NCBI GenBank assembly: GCA_010356995.1
Contig: ML996698.1
Location: forward strand, 679,923-743,922
Direction: 5' to 3'
Length of the DNA stretch: 64,000 bases
From: Trichodelitschia bisporula
Lineage: Eukaryota
Shown here piece by piece: positions 58,857 through 64,000 of the stretch (position 1 is the stretch's first letter; the number at the start of each line of letters is the position of its first letter). Made by a program: the position numbers and the translations under genes. The notes beneath the pieces are model-generated. The model saw only the letters and a program-made list of their open reading frames with translations. It had not been told where the DNA came from and ran no database searches.

Positions 58857-61267
58857 TTAAGACGAGTGCTTGGCCCGGAAGAACTTGGCGGCGTTGACCA
58901 TGTTGGTCAGCGCGGCCTTGGTCTCCTTCCACTGGCGGGTCTTGAGACCACAGTCGGGGTTGATCCACAGCTGCTCGGGCTTGAGGTACTGGAGCATCTC
59001 CTCGATGCGGTCCTTGATCTCCTGCTCGCTCGGAACACGCGGCGAGTGGATATCGTACACACCGGGGCCGATGTGACGGGGGTACTCCTTGTCAACGAAG
59101 ACCTGGAGGAGCTTGGCGTCGCTCTTGCTGTTCTCAATGGACAGAACGTCGGCATCGAGAGCGGCAATGGCGTGGAAGAAGTCCTGGAACTCGGAGTAGC
59201 AGAAATGGGAGTGGATCTGCGTGGAGTCCTTGACGCCGGCAGTCGACAGCTTGAAGGAGTCGACAGCCCACGAGAGGTAGTTCTCGCGCTCGCGGCCCGC
59301 GCGGAGAGGCAGACCCTCGCGCAGAGCAGGCTCATCGACTTGGATGACGTAGATGCCACCAGCCTCGAGGTCGACAACCTCGTCACGCAGGGCCAGAGCG
59401 AGCTGCTGAGCCTGGACCGACTGGTGGACATCGTCACGCGGGAACGACCAGCGCAAGCAGGTGATGGGACCCGTCAGCATACCCTTCATGGGCTTCTTCG
59501 ACACGCTAGCGGCGAACTTGGACTCCTTGACGGACATAGGCGCAGGGCGCGAGATGTCGCCAACGATGATGGGCGGACGCACGCAGCGCGAGCCGTAGCT
59601 CTGCACCCAGGCGTGGGTCGTAAAAACATAGCCGTCGAGACGCTCACCGAAGTACTGCACCATGTCGTTGCGCTCAGGCTCGCCGTGCACGTACACGTCA
59701 AGGTCGAGCTCATCCTGGATCTTGATGACTTCCTCAATCTCCTTCTCAATGAACTTCTCGTACTGCTCAGCGGTGATGTCACCCTTGGTGAACTTGTTGC
59801 GCTGCACGCGGATCTCGGACGTCTGAGGGAAGGAGCCAATGGTGGTGGTGGGGAAGAGGGGAAGCTTGAGGTGCTCCTTCTGCTGGGCATAACGCTCAGG
59901 GAAGGCCGACTTGCGGCTGTGCAGCTCAGGGGTGATCTCGGACTGGCGCTTCTTGACGGCCTCGTTGTTGGTGCGCTTGGAGGAGGCACGAGCCTGAACC
60001 GACTTGGCGTTGGCCTCGAGAGCCTCGCGAACGGACGCGGGGCCCTCAGTGACAGCCTTGGCAATGATGGCGACCTCGGAGGTCTTTTGAACGGCGAAGG
60101 AGAACCAGTCACGGACCTCCGAATCGAGCTTCTTTTCGCTGTCCAGGGTGTGCGGGACATGGAGGAGGGAGCTGGAAGTGGCAACGATGACACGGTCCTT
60201 GCCGAGCTTCTGGATGGCGGTCTCAACGGTCTCAATGGCCTTCTGGAAGTTGGTCTTCCAGATGTTGCGGCCATTCACAACACCAGCAGAGAAGACCTGC
60301 TCAGAGCCAAGGGCACCGATGACGGTTTCAAGCTGCTCGGGGTTGCGGACGAGGTCGACATGGATGCCGTAGAGGCTCTGAGTATCGGCGAGGACATCAA
60401 TGTTGTGGACGATATCACCGAAGTAGGTGGCGAGGAGGAGCTTGGGCAGCTTGTCGCCGCTCAGCTTGGCGTAGGCAGGCTTGAAGGCATCCTTGACCTC
60501 CTTACGCAGGTCGAAGACGAGGACCGGCTCGTCAATCTGCACGGTCTCGGCACCAGCGGCCTTGAGCTTCTCGAGGAGCTCGACGTAGACCGGGAGCAAC
60601 TTCTCCAGGAGAGAGATGGGGTCGACAGTTTGATTACGGTCGGCCTTGCCGAGGGCAAGGAAGGATACGGGACCAAGGATAACAGGGCGGGTGATGATGC
60701 CAGCCTCCTTGGCCTCGAGGAACTCGCGCACCGGCTTGGGGTCGGCAGCGAGCTTGAACTCCTGGTTGTCCTGGAGCGTAGGCTTGACGTAGTGGTAGTT
60801 GGAGTCAAACCACTTCACCATCTCCTAGAGTGGGGGTCAGCTCAAATGTCAGAGCGAGATGACTTGAACATTACGCACCAAGCTGGGGACGTCAACGCCG
60901 TCCTTCTGGTGGCCACGGCCCATGGCGAAGTACTCGTCAAGGGAGTCGAGGCCATGCTTGGAGTAGCGCTCGGGAATAGCCTACAGGGGGTTAGCTGCGA
61001 GGTAAGAAAAGTTTGCAAGGCGGGGTAGCTGCGCACGTTGAAGAGCTGGATGTGGTCGAGGACCTGGTCGTAGAAGGCGAAGTCGTTGCTGGGGATGATG
61101 TCGACACCGGCATCCTTCTGGATCTTCCAGTGAGCAAGACGCAGACGCTTGCCCTCAGCCACGAGGTCGTCGCGAGAGATCTTGCCGCCCCAGTAAGCCT
61201 CGGTGGCCTTCTTCAGGTCACGGTTCACGCCCATGCGGGGGAAACCCAAGACTGAAGATTGAACCAT
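58857..61267 (-). CDS. MET6: Cobalamin-independent methionine synthase
   Basis: Motifs [70 protein letters not shown] and [11 protein letters not shown]. Two introns. Strong codon bias. Confidence 0.98.
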
Positions 61268-62398
61268 TCTGGCGAGAGTTCTGAAGAAGATTTTGAGAGG
61301 GGTATGAGGGAAAGGATGGGAGAGTTGCGGGAGGAGGAGGAGGAGAGGATGAGAAGGGAAGATGGAGGGGAAGAGAGGCGAATAAATGTTGAGACGAGAG
61401 AAGAGGGGGAGGGGGAGGTGGGGGAATTTGCAGGACAGGGATCAGATGGTGGGGCGGAATGGGGTTGGTCAGAGAGAAACAGGGGTGGATTTTGCTGTGC
61501 ATCGGAACTGGACCTCCGATTTTCGCTCTCATCAGGAAGGCGTGATTGGCTTCTAGAGGTTACTGTACACCTCTCTGCCTTTTGCCCTTGCGCTAACCTG
61601 TGGCCCGGCATGAGGTGATTGATTGATGCAGGGTGTGCTTGTTTGTGCTTCGTTCTCATGGAAACTGTCCTGGCCAGATCTCCGTTAGCTCAAACAACCT
61701 ACCGTACGAACATGGGCTAGATATGGCAGCTCCTTGGGAATGGATTTTGGTCTCCGAAGTGTGCACAGTGCTGTCTGAGGAGTGTACTGTGTAGGGGCGT
61801 AGATATCGCATCCCCGGTGCTTCCTTGACGATCGTCTGACGGCTGGCGTAAGGTCATATCGTCATTCTGGAAATTGTGGTGGGACATCTACTAGAACTAC
61901 CCGCTAGAAACGGGTATCTCGATGGAGTTGTTGCCCTTGCAGATCATGCTGTTTGCCACATCCCTCTTGTTCCCAAAACGGTGGAGGCCTATGCCTTGGC
62001 TTCTCATGCTGTCAGCCAGCAATCAATTCCGGCCATGAAGTTTACAGGTGTCACCATGCAGAAGACGAATGGGAAGCTGATGCTTGCTGCTATTGCCGTG
62101 TTGGAGCGATAGAAAGCCGCTGCTAGCATCCACAGGCCGCTTCCCTCAAGCCATGCCAACCGGGTAACAAGGCAATTGTCATCATTGGAGGGCCAATATG
62201 AAGTGACATGTCATTGCTTCGTATTTTTCTTAAAAGCCAGCTCGGCCAGATGCTATCGTTGTGCTCTCGCTGGTATTAGGGGCCCGAAATCCATGTTGTG
62301 TGGGAAATGAGGCTAGCCAGAGTGCGGTGTGCGAAGGCCGTAATGTACAGTAGGGTGAAGATTCTCATGGCGCTGGGATACGTGATAGCCATAGGTCC

Positions 62399-63220
62399 TC
62401 AGTTCATGCTCAGTCCACCCGCATCGTCCGCACCGTCTTGCTCTCCCCAAATCTGCTTGCTCTTCAACTCGACGCCCTTCATGGCGTTAGCAACCTCCTC
62501 CAGCTTCTGAACCACATCCAAGACGCCGTGATTGACACGCTGAAAGTAGCGATCGTTCGCTTCTCTCCGCTTCCGCGCCATGGCGATATCGTTCTCCGTT
62601 CCCTCTTCAAGCTCCGTCTTGTTGCTCCCGGCACTGGCCCCAGTCCCTGCTCTCGGCCGCCCCTTGACCTCAGCCTTCTCCCCCTCCATGCTTGTCTCAA
62701 CACTCTTCACCTTGCCAACAGTCTCCTTTCCCTTTGCAGATGCCTCCTTCCCCGGTTCTTGCGACTCGTCCTCCACTTCAATCCGCGCCCAAGCCTGTGC
62801 TAGTGCAATCTGCGCCGTACGCAGCTCCTCTAGGGCCTTTGAGTGTTCAGGACCAAAGACGTGCATGCCACTCGCAGCACTGAGCTCCACTTCCTCGAGG
62901 TTGGTCTGCATTGCTGCCCACAGCGCGTCGGTGCGCTCGTGCTGTTGTTGCGTTTGCGGGCGTGATGGCTGGCGAGCCAGCGAGGCGGCGTCACTGAGGG
63001 ACGTTGCCGTATCAGGCCTCCTGGCGTCCTTTGTCCACTCGGGGATCTGAGAGTGTTCACGGCTCGCGGTTGGACGAAGGCTGGCTTCTTTGGTGGTAGT
63101 AGTCGTGGCTGGCTGGAGAGAGATGTTGGAGGCATTGCGGGAAGCTGGGCCGACGAAGAGCGTCGGGGCCGGAAGGCGTGCGGCCTTGGACTTGTCCGCT
63201 GGGAACTTGCCGGCCGACAT
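62399..63220 (-). CDS. Conserved fungal hypothetical coiled-coil protein
   Basis: 273-aa ORF with blocks LPAPTLFVGP.SRNAS, DALWAAMQTNLEEVELSA, HVFGPEHSKALEELRTAQIALAQAW and ARKRREANDRYFQRVNHGVLDVVQKLEEVA. Confidence 0.8.
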   Translation of the reverse strand: MSAGKFPADKSKAARLPAPTLFVGPASRNASNISLQPATTTTTKEASLRPTASREHSQIPEWTKDARRPDTATSLSDAASLARQPSRPQTQQQHERTDALWAAMQTNLEEVELSAASGMHVFGPEHSKALEELRTAQIALAQAWARIEVEDESQEPGKEASAKGKETVGKVKSVETSMEGEKAEVKGRPRAGTGASAGSNKTELEEGTENDIAMARKRREANDRYFQRVNHGVLDVVQKLEEVANAMKGVELKSKQIWGEQDGADDAGGLSMN

Positions 63221-63602
63221 GATAGGCTACATTGTTCTCGCGGAGCAGAGTTGTGATGTGATGAAGACGCGAGTTGGTGTTAAGGATGGTGCTGCGCCAC
63301 ATGCAGGGATCGGAATCCAGCCACACACTCACCAAACGCCAAGCTAAACCGGGAAAACGTTGCTCCAGGGACTCGCTCGCTTGCCGCACAAACTCCCAGG
63401 CCCTGAAGCCCAAACTCTCCGCATCGACATCCACCTTACTCTACCCATTCCGCGATCACGACTAAATCGGTATGCCACCTACTCTACCCGTTCCCTGAGC
63501 ACAGTGTTTCTTCGAAATCAGAGATACTGCTCGTCTCCGCCAATTTCCTATCACACAAACGCAAATTGCACCTACAACAGCGGCTAACGGTACACAGCAA
63601 AC

Positions 63603-64000
63603 ATGGGTAAAGGCAAGCCTCGTGGTTTGAACGCTGCGCGCAAGTTGCGCAACCATCGCCGCGACGGGCGTTGGGCCGATCTCCACTACAAGAAGCGTCT
63701 CCTCGGCACGGCCTACAAGTCGTCTCCCTTCGGTGGCTCTTCCCACGCCAAGGGCATCGTTCTCGAGAAGGTCGGCGTTGAGGCCAAGCAGCCGAATTCC
63801 GCCATTCGGAAGTGCGTTCGTGTTCAGCTCATCAAGAACGGCAAGAAGGTCACGGCTTTCGGTATGTTCAACTGGTCGATGAGATAGTATATTGGTACTA
63901 ATGCTTGCCAGTCCCCAACGATGGTTGCCTGAACTTCGTTGACGAGAACGACGAGGTCCTGCTTGCTGGTTTCGGTCGCAAGGGCAAGGCCAAGGGTGAT
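63603..64000 (+). CDS. RPS23: 40S ribosomal protein S23 (uS12), truncated by the window end
   Basis: [15 protein letters not shown]...[37 protein letters not shown], then intron 63862-63911, then [25 protein letters not shown]. Confidence 0.98.

Noticed and set aside
29907..58860. Cryptic peroxisomal (PTS1) readthrough extensions on metabolic genes (GUT2, Yfh7-like, MET6)
   Set aside because: The stop contexts are not TGA-CTA, and the extensions I read do not end in an SKL-like tripeptide.
58848..61028. 726-aa antisense ORF over MET6
   Set aside because: It is codon-aligned with MET6. Strong codon bias avoids TTA/CTA/TCA and so leaves the opposite frame open. It has no independent protein features.

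Overview
This is a gene-dense window of nuclear DNA from a filamentous ascomycete (Pezizomycotina; Dothideomycete-like is my inference). The evidence is short GT-AG introns with CTRAY branch sites and an intron-containing tRNA. About 24 protein genes can be supported. Most are housekeeping: RUS1/DUF647 family, an RGS protein, eIF2B-beta, Nem1, Alg14, Hlj1-type DnaJ, an Aim19-like protein, Gpi10, a Sak1/Ssp1-type kinase, Gut2, a KH-domain protein, Ilv6, a prenyltransferase-alpha repeat protein, Mlh3, a Yfh7-like kinase, an Alba-like protein, a Pof1-like nucleotidyltransferase, Met6 and Rps23 (truncated at the window end). There is also one tRNA-Asn(GTT). No transposase, viral gene or CRISPR array is recognisable. 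The least explained signals are five. (1) A ~260-nt rod-like imperfect hairpin lies in the 18.5-18.76 kb intergenic region. (2) Repeated C-rich to G-rich switches of about 1 kb cut across coding sequence, and in two cases checked by hand they centre on a fold-back axis. (3) An orphan ~735-aa gene is built from internal duplications and is followed by three ~190-bp tandem repeats. (4) The KH splicing-factor-like gene has a candidate poison exon. (5) There are two accessory secreted proteins, one SGNH-like and one cupredoxin with an inserted loop containing a Kex2-type site. All coordinates and exon junctions were read by eye; no database search or folding program was run.
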